A stretch of DNA of 64,000 nucleotides, from the NCBI GenBank assembly GCA_951406725.2, contig OX597817.1, forward strand, positions 22,940,001-23,004,000, read 5' to 3'. Source of the DNA: Octopus vulgaris. Its lineage: Eukaryota. The position numbers and the translations under genes were made by a program. Under the pieces are notes generated by a model, which saw only the letters and a program-made list of their open reading frames with translations, did not search any database and was not told the DNA's origin. How positions within the stretch are numbered: position 1 is the stretch's first letter; each line of letters starts with the position of its first letter. Of the stretch, positions 24,187 to 38,250 are shown piece by piece.

Positions 24187-24773
24187 ATGCCCTGATGCAG
24201 TACCAGGCAGTGGCTAAATGCCCTGATGCAGTACTAGGCAGTGGCTCTCATAGCTTCTGATCTTAACTGATTGGAAGTGTTATCATGTACATTGTTTGTC
24301 TTCGTATAAAAGATGGGCTACAGCAAATATTCTGCGCAATACCACAGATTTGCTTGTCAGTGGTTTCACCTTAACGAGTTGAGCATGTCCCTTAGTGGCT
24401 GACGATATATGTCTCTCTGATCACGAGCAGAGCTAGTGGGGGAGCACCATAACCACGTGTTGAGAGGCATTCTTTGGGGTTTGAATATTTCACCTCTGGA
24501 AACATGGGTGTTTCGTTCAACTTCCTTAAACAACCCTTATTCAGGGACCTTTTGAGCGGGATGGGTTACTCGACCAGAAGAAAATTCTAATTGGGCCCCA
24601 CCTGCAAGGTCATGTGCTGGTTATCTTGATATGAGATCACCATGTCGCGCACATATGGTTGTGATGCATGTGCCTAGTGTACTATTATCAGATGGGTAGT
24701 CATGATGGGTATACTGGGCTTCGTATATTTTACCCCAATTTCACTTTGATGGCATGCACTTCTCTTTCACTCA
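24187..24773. mobile_element. ~560-bp non-coding interspersed element embedded in (TAA)n
   Basis: High similarity to 40972-41528, plus an inverted fragment at 56678-56770. Duplicated 29-bp terminus at 24187-24246. Confidence 0.8.
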
Positions 24774-24779
24774 ATAATG

Positions 24780-25663
24780 AAAATAATATGATAAAACGTT
24801 GGTAAGAAATGACCCTTCATGGAAAACTTTGGCTTCAGCTAAACAGAATAGAAATAGACAAACTAAAAACCCAACAGTGACTGAGAAACTCAGGACTCAC
24901 AGCAGTGGGTGAAGGATTTTAATTACAGCACAAGATCAAATTCTTCCCAGCGGAAATCATCAAATGCACGCAATGAACATAAACACAAGTAACTACAGAA
25001 TATGTGATGATGCAAAAAGAAAAAAATAACTATAAATCATATTGTCTCTGGCTGCCTATTCCTTGTTGAAAAGGAATATATTCACAGACACGACAGAGTT
25101 GGGAATTATATAGACTGAAAACTATGCTAACACTGGATTAAAAACAGAAAAAAAGTGGTATGGGCACACGCTAGAAAAGGTCACAGAACATGAGAAAACA
25201 ACAATACTCTTGGATATGCTAATACACACAGACAGAGAAAGTATGCCCAATAGGCAGGGTATAGTTGTCATAGATTACCAAGAACAAAAGTGCTTTCTAA
25301 TCGACGTTTCAATACCAACAGATGACAATGCTTCTCTAAAAGACGCGGAGAAACTTTCAAAATACAAATATCTGGAAATATAAGTAAATCGAATTTGGAG
25401 CTTAAAAACAAAAACAATTCCTCTCGTAGAAGGTGCATTAGGTATGATAAAAATATATTCAGACAAGTATATAACAAAAACATCAGGACTTACAAAAATA
25501 TATAACGTACAGAAAATAGCACTAGTAGGCACCGCACGCATCCGACGAAAAGCATTTCCAATACAGTGAAAATAAGAGCATCACTACAAACAAAAGCACA
25601 TATCCAAGGCACACAGATCTGTGTTTGGTAGAGCAGTGAATTCACGCGACAAAACTAAGACTA

Positions 25664-25666
<3 letters not shown>
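24780..25666 (+). mobile_element. Older degenerate R4/Dong-like LINE 3' fragment (family 2)
   Basis: Similar to 25702-26720 (HRHDRVG, KCFLIDVSIP, same 3' UTR ending CTACTG-(AAT)n). Multiple stops. Confidence 0.8.
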
Positions 25667-25701
<35 letters not shown>

Positions 25702-25703
<2 letters not shown>

Positions 25704-26717
25704 TTTAAGGAAGCTGACAAATACAAACAAGAAATCATACCACCTAATAAACATGAAGAAGAAGAAGAAGAAGATGAAGAAACAACAAAAGCTATAAAAA
25801 AAATGAAATCCAAACTAAAAATAGAACAGCAACGAACCATGATAAAACGATGGCAAGAAAAGCCCCTTCATGGTAAATACTGGACTAAACTAAACGCAAA
25901 AGAAATAGACAAAGAAAAATCCCAGCAATGGTTGAGAAGCTCAGGACTCAAAGCAGAAACAGAGGGATTTTTAATTGCAGCACAAGACCAAAGCCTCCCC
26001 ACCAGAAATTACCAAAAACATGTAATGAAAAGAAATATTACAAGTAACTGCAGAATATGTGGAGATGGACAAGAAACAATAAATCATATTATCTCTAGCT
26101 GCCCAGTCCTGGCTAAGAAGGAATATATTCACAGACATGACAGAGTTGGAACTTACATACATTGGAAGCTATGCCAACATTATGGAATAACAACAGAAAA
26201 AAGATGGTATAGGCACACACCAGAAAAGGTCACAGAAAACGAGAAAGCAACCATACTCTGGGATATGCCGATACACACAGATAGAGAAATTAAGGCCAAC
26301 AGACCAGATATAGTTGTCAGAGACCATGAAGAAAAAAATGCTTTCTAATTGATGTATCAGTACCGGCAGATGACAACGTGTCTCTAAAAGAAATGGAGAA
26401 ACTCTCAAAATACAAAGACCTGGAAATAGAGGTAACTAGAATGTGGAATCTGAAAACAGAAACAATTCCTATCATAGTAGGTGCATTAGGCATGATAAAA
26501 AAATATTCAGACAAATACATAACAAAAACACCAGGACTTACAAACACATATAACATACAGAAAATTGCACTACTGGGCACTGCACACATCCTACGCAGAA
26601 CACTTTCCATACAATAACCATCAGAGCATCACAACAAATCACAGCACAAACCCAAGGCACACAGAGCTGTGCTCGGTAGTGAAGTGAAAGCACGCTATAA
26701 AAATAAAAATAAAACTA

Positions 26718-26720
<3 letters not shown>
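25702..26720 (+). mobile_element. 5'-truncated R4/Dong-like LINE (family 2): CCHC finger + restriction-like endonuclease
   Basis: CRICGDGQETINHIISSC, RHD, RPDIVV..(LIDVS)..KLSKY. (TAA)n on both sides. Confidence 0.88.
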
Positions 26721-26764
<44 letters not shown>

Positions 26765-26798
26765 CAATAATAATGATAATAATAATAATAACAATAAA

Positions 26799-29006
26799 AT
26801 TCCCAAATCAAATGAAACAACAAAACCAGAAAACTACAGACCAATAACCTGCCTCCCTACTATGTTCAAGGCATTTACTGCAGTGATATCGCAAAGGATG
26901 AACAAGCACCTGGACGAAAACAAACTGTTCCCAGAAGAGCAGAAAGGATGCCGCAAAGGCTCATATGGCTATAAAGATCAACTAATGATTAATGAAGTCG
27001 TAACTGAAGACAGCCACAGAAAGAAGAAAGGCCTCAGTATGGCCTGGATTGACTACAAAAAGGCGTTTGATAGCATCCCCCACACATGGATCCTCGAAAC
27101 ACTAGCCATTAACAAAGTAGCACCAACAATCATAAAATTCAAAGAGCACTCTATGAATAAATGGCAAACAGTCCTACACCTCCAAACAAAAGAGGGACTC
27201 ATGAAAACAAAAGACATCCCCATTAGAAAAGGAATATTCCAGGGAGACACGCTCTCTCCACTCCTTTTATGCTTGGCACTGTCACCTCTATCTGATATGC
27301 TAAATAGAACTGGATGCGGATATAAATGTTACGGCAAAACGATCAGCCACCTTTTATATATGGATGACCTAAAACTATACGCTGCAAATGACAAACACTA
27401 TTAAAGACAGTTCATGGATTTACCAAAGAAATAGATATGAAATTTGGATTAGAAAAATGCGCCAAAGTAACCATGAAAAAAGGAAAACTAGTTAAGAGTA
27501 ACAACATCACACTAGATAAAACCAATGAAATAAAAGAATTAGACCAAAGCCAAACTTACAAATACTTAGGAATCCATGAACTAGATAAGACACAACACAC
27601 ACAAATGAAAGAGAAAATAAAAAAAAGAATATTATAGACGAGTTAGATCAATACTAAAAACAGAGCTCAATGCTAAAAACAAGATAATAGGTATCAACAC
27701 TTTAGCTGTCCCAGTTATAAGTTACAGCTACAATATCCTTAACTGGACACGAAATGAACTGACCAAAATAGATAGGAAAACAAGAAAAATACTGTCAGGA
27801 TCTAGGATGCATCACCCAAAATCTGACATAGAAAAACTATATATACAACGTATAGAAGATGGTAGAGGCCTTATACAGCTAGAAAACTACTATAAAATAA
27901 CCACCATAGGACTGCAAAAATACCTACTTCAGAAGGAAGGAAAACTGATCTAGATAGCAGCAAAACAGGAGCAAAACAAAAAACTGTTCTCAGTATTTAA
28001 GGAAGCTGACAAATACAAACAAGAAATCATACCACCTAATAAACACAAAGAAGAAGAAGAAGATGATAAAGAAACAACAAAAGCTATAAAACAAATGAAA
28101 TCCAAACTAAAAATAGAACAGCAACGAACCATGATAAAACGATGGCAAGAAAAGCCCCTTCATGGTAAATACTGCACTAAACTAAACGCAAAAGAAATAG
28201 ACAAAGAAAAATCCCAGCAATGGTTGAGAAGCTCAGGACTCAAAGCAGAAACAGAGGGATTTTTAATTGCAGCACAAGACCAAAGCCTCCCCACCAGAAA
28301 TTACCAAGAACATGTAATGAAAAGAAATATTACAAGTAACTGCAGAATATGTGGAGATGGACAAGAAACAATAAATCATATTATCTCTAGCTGCCCAGTC
28401 CTGGCTAAGAAGGAATATATTCACAGACATGACAGAGTTGGAACCTACATACATTGGAAGCTATGCCAACATTATGGAATAACAACAGAAAAAAGATGGT
28501 ATAGGCACACACCAGAAAAGGTCACAGAAAACGAGAAAGCAACCATACTCTGGGATATGCCGATACACATAGATAGAGAAATTAAGGCCAACAGACCAGA
28601 TATAGTTGTCAGAGATCATGAAGAAAAAAATGCTTTCTAATTGATGTATCAATACCGGCAGATAACAACGTGTCTCTAAAAGAAATGGAGAAACTCTCAA
28701 AATACAAAGACCTGGAAATAGAGGTAACTAGAATGTGGAACCTGAAAACAGAAACAATTCCTATCATAGTAGGTGCATTAGGCATGATAAAAAAATATTC
28801 AGACAAATACATAACAAAAACACCAGGACTTACAAACACATATAACATACAGAAAATTGCACTACTAGGCACTGCACATATCCTACGCAGAACACTTTCC
28901 ATACAATAACCATCAGAGCATCACAACAAATCACAGCACATACCCAAGGCACACAGAGCTGTGCTCGGTAGTGAAGTGAAAGCACGCTATAAAAATAAAA
29001 CTACTG
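26799..29006 (+). mobile_element. 5'-truncated R4/Dong-like LINE (family 2): RT + CCHC + RLE, disrupted
   Basis: NYRPITCL, WIDYKKAFDSIPH, IFQGDTLSP and YMDDLKLY motifs. The 3' part is nearly identical to 25702-26720, and it ends in (TAA)n. Confidence 0.9.
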
Positions 29007-29013
29007 AATAATA

Positions 29014-29071
<58 letters not shown>

Positions 29072-29082
29072 GAATAATAATG

Positions 29083-29149
<67 letters not shown>

Positions 29150-29176
29150 TAATAATGATGATAATAATAATAATAA

Positions 29177-29278
<102 letters not shown>

Positions 29279-30299
29279 TAATAATAATACTCCCGTCTTA
29301 CATAATAACACTTTCACCCGCCTACTCTCTTTGGTCCTTATTTGCCACACATCATGTGCTTCTCGTAACTTGTATCAGATACCTTTATCTCCTACCATTT
29401 CTTTCTCCTCTAAGTGAGCATTCCGCCAACGACGGAAGTAAAAATACAATTAACTCCAACCACGAAGTTTGAGTTTACTGAAACTTATATACGCAAGAAC
29501 CATCCAAACTTTTCCCCAAAACTTCAGATCCAAAACTTTGGGACAATCACCTTGAAAATTGATTCTATGAGCGCTACTAACAAGCAGGAGAGAAAGAGAA
29601 ACTGCGAGCATGTGCAGAACTCTGACTCGAGAATCCCAATACCTCTCTCTTCTTAAGTGGACCACAACCTCAAGGTAGATCTTAACGTCAACTATGCAAT
29701 ATACACTGAGAGTAACCTTTATGTAAGTTTGAACTTTTTAACAAGTACTTTATGAGTAGCACTTGGCAGTATTGGGCTGGATCGTGTCTCCTAGAAAGAG
29801 GTAAAGAAACAACTTTTCATGTTGAGATTCATCTAAAATGATAAAACGGCAGTTCTAGAGAAGAAAACCTCGAAAAATATATCTAGGCAGATTCTGCTTG
29901 TGAGCTGTGACCGACAAGCAATCTACAAGGACATTTTTCAAAATAAACCATGTGAAGTACCAGAAACACCAGTGCGAGATGTGACGCAGCGTAACTACCG
30001 CATACAGAGGATGGATGGTATCCATATTAGCGTTAGTGGAAATACATTTAGTGATGGTTTTACTACACCAAAAATCACTTAAATAGCCTCTATGAATAAA
30101 ATGTCTAAAAGAAATATATTACATAACGGTGTAAATGGGACTGGACGCCTGTGAGAAAGGCACTGACCCTAGCAGATGTTCCACTGAATGGCATGATGGG
30201 TTCGAATGTCAACCAAAGACTGTTAGCATACAATAATGGGGAAAAAGTGAAGTAAAGAAATCAATGCGGTCGTTGTTTCGATACTATCCAAGCCAACCC

Positions 30300-31580
30300 G
30301 TATGTGTAAATGAGTGCCAATAAGAGGATATTAAAAACAGACTGTACAGCGATTGATAACAATGAAGAGCATTTGAAATAACAAAACAATGGATAAGCGA
30401 CTGGGCCAGATATATTACGAGAAAGGATTTAGAAAATAATATCCGAAGACGAATACAAGATAGTAGACCATAACAGTGGCAATAAAGAAGACCTGGCCGA
30501 GACTAATACAACTCTTCCAATACGAAAGTAATATAGATCAATCCGCTCAAAAAATCAACGATACGGGACAGAACCATCAGAGAAGAGTAAAGGCTTGTAG
30601 ATCGTGTCGTAGAGGTTATATAATCGGTGGAATTCGGAGTGATGAAAGTGGGCCAATGGGAACTGCAGAGGCTAACACTGAAAAGTAAACTTAATCTTAA
30701 GCTATATACACACGAACAATAATAGTGAAACTAATAGACTAAAATACTTACGATGCAGAAAACATTGAAGACGTCTAAGTAATGGGAGTAGACAGAATAG
30801 AAAGATGTACTATGAACTTTGCTGGAAGTGGTTGATACTTGGTGACATAAAATGGATAAAGAGTGGTTTGTCAGTTCTAGACAGAAGGAAAGTCGAACTG
30901 CTGAATCATCGAAAGTACGACATGCTGAAACAGAACTATGATACTGATCTTAAAGAGTTAAAAGTAGTAATCGAGGAACTAAAACAGCGTATGCTAGCCA
31001 AGATAATAAAAGTCACACTATATAATCAGAGTTTCAAACTGTACGGACAAAAGAAAATCTACAGTATAGAAGAGAGAAGATATTATCAGGAAACCAAAAA
31101 AGAAAGACACATTCACCAAAATTGCAAAGGAAAACGAAAGATTTTGGAAAAAGATATGAGGTAACATACGTCATTAACACGGAGTGGTTAGGTAATCAGC
31201 AAGATAATATACGGAAGGAGATGTTAAGATATGGAAGGAGAACGTTCAATGTGTAAGCTGAAAACTGAGCGACAGGAAAGAAGCATACCGAGATGGAGTT
31301 CAGAGATATTGGTTGAAGAAATTTATAGAATGTCATGAAAGCAACGTGAATTATTATGCACGTTACTTTAAGTGCACGGAAAAATCCCATATTAGATGAC
31401 AAAAAGCAGAACAATATTTTACCACAAAGAAATATGGTGGAATAATATTGCTAACAACATCAAACCAGTATCCTATCTGCCTATCATGTGTGAGATGTTA
31501 ACTTCATAACTGGCAGATGCAATGGATGAGTTCTTGGTTCAGAATAGCATCTTACCCGATCAAAAAAACTTGCAAACATG
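30300..31580 (+). mobile_element. Highly degenerate R4-like LINE fragment (pre-RT / early RT)
   Basis: IEELKQRMLAK..YNQ resembles IKETLKQKVQAK of the 57037-61005 element. An NIKPVSYLP..MDEFLVQNSILPDQ segment resembles early RT. Confidence 0.45.
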
Positions 31581-32814
31581 GACGCAAAGGAACAAGATAA
31601 ACTCACAAAGCAGCAATGGTCATACATTGCACGACTGGATCCAGTGCGGTTGCTTTGCGCGCATTTCGAATATACTTACTCGTGTGGCATTTGTTCCTTT
31701 ACAATTTCTTTCGAACAAGTATACCCCCTGTATAACCCTACTAAGCTGCTGATTTCTGGAAGTTTTCAGCATAAGATCACGGTAAATGAGATAAAGGTAT
31801 ACATACACTCAAAATATTGAAACACATGGACCATGTAGCCCTGTTACAAAAGAACCTCCAACTAGAGCCTACCAGATACAAAGGGTACAAAACCCACTCC
31901 TAATTGTTGTTTTCCAATCAAAAGGCACATGCTAAGGGTTGCTTAATTCATTCATACCAGTTTTGCCTCAGTAACTTACGTCTTGACAATTCATTGGGAG
32001 TGAGTAATTCTCTTTCAACCCTCACTTTCATTGCCAAGGGGAACACGAACGAGTAGATGAGGGCTTGACCTAAGAAGAATGCCTTGTTCTCAATCGCTTG
32101 AGCCACATCCGCCAGTCAAATTCTTTCATCATAGCCACTATAAAATTAAAGATAAGTGGTGTGGTGGATTTTCTGATGAATTCGGCTCTTAGTCGGTTTC
32201 ACCTCATAATTGACAACCATTATTTGGCATAAATCCGCAAATCTACTACGTTGGAGCAATTCACAACTGCATGCAACAAGGTTTTATCGTTTTGCGTGCT
32301 TCTCGGACAGTTCTGCCAAGCGGTACTGCACTCCTGTCGCTGTAGACTTTATCTCGAAACGATAGTGCTCCTAAGTTATACTGCCGGGCTAGAAATTTCT
32401 GGAAGTTATACATAGTAGTCCCAGCCGGAAAGACCAACGAAAAAGATCAGCTAGTTCTTCCACGGTGGCTATTAACCTGTTCTCCGAGAACGTCATTGCT
32501 CGTACTCACATCTATTTCTCTATATTACTACAATGGAAATCCTACTCACTGAATTGTCCGACTGATAAGGAGTGGTGGATGCAGCAAAAATTATTCGTAA
32601 ATAAAAAAAAATTCTTTACACAATTACCAACAACATGGGTGCACTAAACTATGGAAACATGCACATTACAGCAATATCATGATGAAGCACATGAATCATA
32701 GAATATATGAAGACATTTATATTTCAGAAAATAATCTGACGAACTAAATTGAATGTACACTTAAAGACGTTGTGATATTTATCGATATACATACATACAT
32801 GCATACACTCATAC

Positions 32815-33330
32815 TACATCCCTATACGGCACGATGTTGTTGCTAAATCAACTTACAATGCTATCCACAAAAAAGACTGTCCTAAAATAAACTTAGAAAA
32901 TCACTCTGTTATGGAATATATTCATAGACACCAACTCAAAGAATACTATTGGAATATTTCCATCAAAACGTCTGATAAATGTAAGCATAACAGGCCGGGT
33001 ATTGTTGTTTGGGACACAAGGACAAATGTATGTATCATCATAGAGGTTAGCTGTTCTGCAGATATAACTATCTCTTTTAAAATGAAAGAAAAAGAAGATA
33101 TCTGTAGGCAATTGCTTCAAAACCTCCAGCTTCTATATCCAGAGTATGAATTCATATTCATAACACTAATAATTGGATCTCTAGGTTTTGTAAGTAAATG
33201 CTTTTATGGGAATCTGGATAAACTGGAATTTTCAGAAAGAAAATTTGACCGGCTGATTCGTACATTGCAAGTCCAATCTGTGAGTAGAACAAAAAATATG
33301 CAAGAATGTTCTCAAGTTCCAAATGTGAAT
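32815..33330 (+). mobile_element. Degenerate RLE-domain LINE fragment
   Basis: RHDVVAK, KHNRPGIVVWD..IIIEVSC..KEKED and LIIGSLG motifs. Confidence 0.6.
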
Positions 33331-33865
33331 TTGTGTGTGTTAACTACATTCCAAAGATGGAGCCTTGTATCTTTCTTGGAAACAAGCTCCCTTCTTAGTG
33401 GAAGATTTATAATAATTATAAAAGAGAAGAGACATACATATATCAATCCGAAAGATTAAGATGCATAGTCAACCTCGGGGGAATTTGAAATTATAATGGT
33501 GATTTGAACTTAAAGAGTGGTGAATTGCTTCTAAGAACTCTGTTGAGCGCGCTAACGACTCAGACAGGTCACCGCATTGCGGGCGCTAGAATAATAGTAT
33601 CCATTGCTTAAACGTTGCGACTCTTCGAATTTGCAGGAAACGAATACAGGACAGTATTTTGTCCGACTCTATCACTCGACGAACTTGTTGATGATAACAA
33701 TGATGATGTTGATGATGAAGGTGCTCGTGATAGTGAATAGGATGAGGAACTGTCTATTTCACTTCTCTATCAATTTATCCCGTTATATACATATACTAAG
33801 ACACACATACAGGTACACATATACATGCACACAAACACACACACGCAAACACACACACACACACG

Positions 33866-33897
<32 letters not shown>

Positions 33898-34265
33898 CTG
33901 ATGCAGATATAAGAATATGAAGGAATGTACATACACACGCACAAACACAACACGCACATACACACATACGTAACAAAGTGTGCGTGTCTGTACCTGTATG
34001 TATAAAAGAGATAGATAGATAAATAGATATATATTGTGCGAGAGGGGCAGAGAGAAAGAGAGAGGGAGAGAGATTGTTTGGGCTCGCAGCCAATAGTGAA
34101 AATAGATGCAGTGCTGACACAACGACCTAATGGCTTACGTGACAACCATTCTTATTGGCTTATAAATATATGGAGACGTAAATTCGTATCAAATGAGAAT
34201 TTAAATGCATGAAATCTAATACATATGAAATAAATTAGTTTTTTATGACATTATATAATATGTAC

Positions 34266-34318
<53 letters not shown>

Positions 34319-34613
34319 GTAACTAGATACGCATGAATTTTACAAGTCACATGGTGCAACTTGATTTATCTAATAGAGCATTTATTTGCTGAAAACTTTC
34401 AGCATCTAATTATGAACTGGTTAGGAGCCTAAGATGATGTTATATGTGAAATTTATAAAGCAGAAGAGGGCATCGCATCTCGCATGTACTGAACTAGAGA
34501 AATCAGTTCAATATTTCCCTTACGATAAAACTTGAAAATCTATAACTTTTTGTGAGTACCCATCTTTCTGCGGGTGTGTGAGAGATAAGTATCCATGAAT
34601 TATTCTGGTAAAT

Positions 34614-34730
34614 GGAGGCACGTGGCCTAGTTGTAAGAGCAGCGGACTCGCGGTCGAGCGTTCGCGAGTTCGAATCTCAGACCGGGTGATGTGTGTGTTT
34701 ATGAGCGAAACACCTAAGCTCCACGTGGTC
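34614..34730 (+). mobile_element. SINE family A 5' part
   Basis: tRNA-like A and B boxes (TGGCCTAGTTGTAAG, GAGTTCGAATCTC). Matches 281-400. Confidence 0.65.
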
Positions 34731-35911
34731 CTAATGAGCCAGGCTTGTCATGAGAAGGAACAAGCAACAAGTGTGGTAACTAGTAATCGACCAATAAAAG
34801 TGTAAAGATCCTCCTTTATGGGATTGCACGTAGAAAGTTCCATTCTGAGGCACATGTCCGGGCAAGGTTGTTAATGGAAGACCAGCAGTCACCCATGCAT
34901 ACCAGCCTCCTCTCTCTGCGCCACCAGTGTGGTCCAAGGGAAAGCCAAATGCCGATACAGCTTGGCATCAGTGATGTCGCAACTCATTCCCTATAGCCGA
35001 TTGAACTGAAGTATCTTGATCAAGAGCACAACACATAGCCTGGCCTTGGAATCGAACTCACTACCTCATGATTGTGAGCCCATCAATCTAACCACTGAGC
35101 CATGCGCCTTCAATCGAATAGTAGGGTCTTATTATTATAAAATTGCTGGGAGGTACAAGACGAACAAATCTATCGTGTTCATATTCAACCAAAGACGAAG
35201 AAATACTTCGTATGCTCAGCAAGGTAATATGTTAGAAATATATGACTAATACTTTTGTACCGGTTATTACCAGTTGAAATATGCTTCAGGCCTATTCGAA
35301 CCCGTAAGAAAGCAACTGTGTTTTGTCATGGAGAGAATTTCCTGTGGTAGACAAATTGTGCAAATACACGATAATCAGCTCGCAGCGCTAGCTACCCAGT
35401 TTGTTAGAACTAGCATTTCGGAGTGGTTTTCACCTTTTCAGTCATAGAAACCGGAGAGATTGCGATTCAAGCTGATTATACTGCTTTGTATTTCCTTGAA
35501 GAGCTTAGAGCTGCAATTCACTTCTTAAAAGTTCGTTTTCAATAGTCTTGTAGGCATGTTTATGTCGAAGAATAAAAAAAAAAATAATTGTAAAGAAAAG
35601 AATGGAAATATTAAACTTAAGAATAAGGGAAAAGTTGTAATGGGGCAATTATTTTTTTGTGCATATTTTTTGTGTGGGTACTGACATTAAATACTTTAAG
35701 TACTAGATTGTTCTTGTAATTAGGGGCAATTATATGAAAGATATGCGCGCGCGCGTGTTTGTGTGTGAGTGTCAGCGTGCCTGTGTGCGTACGTATAAAT
35801 ATGTGATCGCATGTGTGGAGGGGCGTACTTGGCAACGCTATTAGTACTTAGATCATAATGTCATCTATTATTTTTTCTGGTTCATTACTGAATATCACTC
35901 GGAAGACTGGA

Positions 35912-36078
<167 letters not shown>

Positions 36079-37672
36079 TTCTGTTTCTCTCGCTATCTCC
36101 ATAGCCTTCTCGCTAACGTTACACTTCTTCCTCTCATATACTTCCAATTATTCTCTCAGTAACCCCTCACACTGCACGCCTTATTAAGATAACCTATGTA
36201 TAGAATATGCGTTTTGGTGTAGTATTCTTATCCCAATAGATGAAGCATTAGATCTCATCAACCTTACTTTCCTGCTGAGTCTTTGACTGATGACCTCTAA
36301 CCTCCAATATGTGTTTTTAATTTTTTTAAAGAACACCCACAATGCCTTGTCTTATAATCTCCCACAAAAATAGTATTATATTACATGATTTGCAGTCAGT
36401 TTATGCTTACTGATGGTAATTCTGGTTTATCAAACCATCCGATAACGGAGACAAACAAAAAGCAGCATCACATATTTTCATTCTAATGCATAAGGTCAAA
36501 CGTTTGGCACTTTTTGAAACAATTTTCACTGCTTCTACTGTTGATATATACCATTCAATGCCATATGACCCGCTAAATAGTAGCCAGTAATATTTCGGTT
36601 ACACAGGGTTTATAGTGAATTTTGTTTGGTGTGTGTAAAGTTATTGATTGATTTATCCTTAAGTCTTAACCATATCCTTTCGCGTAATAAGCATCTGCAT
36701 TTTCACGATATAGCCTGTACTACTAAATTTTGCGATCAATCCCTTAGTAGCTTAATAAAAGCAGATGCCAATCCTATATATAATTATGAGAATTTCCTGA
36801 ACAGGATATCCTCTAGCCAGGTGTGTTTTGGCTTTGCTTTTCATTTTTTTGCTTTCAATATTCATTTTTTTCTTTTGGCTGCAAATCAACGAATTCCCTG
36901 AATGGTGAGCTGTTTTAACATCGAAACAAACTACAACTTGTTTGCATACATACAAGCCTGCCTGCATGAATACATACATGCACCATACAGTTATTCATAT
37001 AAGTGCTTGTGAGTGGATGTATGTGTGTATGTATGCTTGTGTGTACGTATTTATTAAAGGCAGAACGTATAAAATGTCATAGTTTTCTTGAAATACCGAA
37101 CTCCATGTATTGTATACTATAGAACAGGAACTGCATCATTTGCAATATATAGGATCTCCATAATTTCCGCTGAGGCTTATGCGTCATTGTCTGTTATAAT
37201 TGATATATATATATATATTTCATAATACTTATATAATTAAACAGTTCTAAGTTTCATAAAGGTTTTTGTCGCAATACATGGGCTTTCAAAATGAGATTAA
37301 CGCTGTCATCATTACTACCCAAAATAAGTTATTTTAAAGGCATCTTTAATACTCACTGAAACAAGATTTTCTCCCCTTGCAATAATACACATGCTTTTAG
37401 AAAGAAAGTACTTGTATGACTCTCCTGTAATCAAAATTTTGCTTCCTTTCCAGAATTTTTTAAAAAGAAAGTAAAATATGATGTTTCGGGTCTACATCAT
37501 TTTTCACATTCAACTCTGTTTATCTTTCGATCTATATATTTGTGTGAACATTTTCTAATAGGAGATATCTTACAAGCTTCTCCTACCTGTAGAGGTGTGT
37601 AACGTCTATCAGCAAATGAAACACGAGTAATGTTGAACAGATAACACACGATATGTTTTCCATTTGCTTATT

Positions 37673-37749
<77 letters not shown>

Positions 37750-37989
37750 CATACAGAGTACATTGACACAGATAAGAGATGGTTATCATAGGACATCTAA
37801 CACACTAGAAGGAAAAGCCGAAATTCAAACCACTATTAGGGATAAAACTTCCAAGGGAATGAAAAATAAGACATTTACCATCTTTTTCCTGGACGATGGT
37901 TTCGAATTCTAAATAGAAAATAAAATAATTTGCTTGGCGAAGCTCTTATCAGCAGGGACGCCAAGATTAAGATATAAATACGAGGCAAT

Positions 37990-38250
37990 ACAGTACATGC
38001 CTCATGCTTACTTATTCTTCCACTGCTCTAGGGACCAATTCTGTAGGTTTTATTCCATTCTAAACGTTTTGCAACGTTTGCTTTGCAAGTAGGGGTTTTC
38101 TGATAGCAGCCCTCCCGTGAAATTCGGCTTTGTGCAACTTCCGGCGAAAAGTTTTGTGGCGGTAGAAACTAGGTTCGTAAATGGTGGACTTCTTCAAATG
38201 ATGTTTCACAACTTTTAAATTGGTGAGGTCATTACCAACGGAAAATGGAT
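37990..38250 (-). mobile_element. Tc1-like transposase fragment
   Basis: Similar to 43450-43650 of the Tc1-like element. Confidence 0.45.

Noticed and set aside
31850-32500. Possible L1/Tx1-like LINE remnant (also 49100-49500 and 52500-52720)
   Set aside because: Only faint motif echoes such as KVRVERELL, too degraded to support a call.
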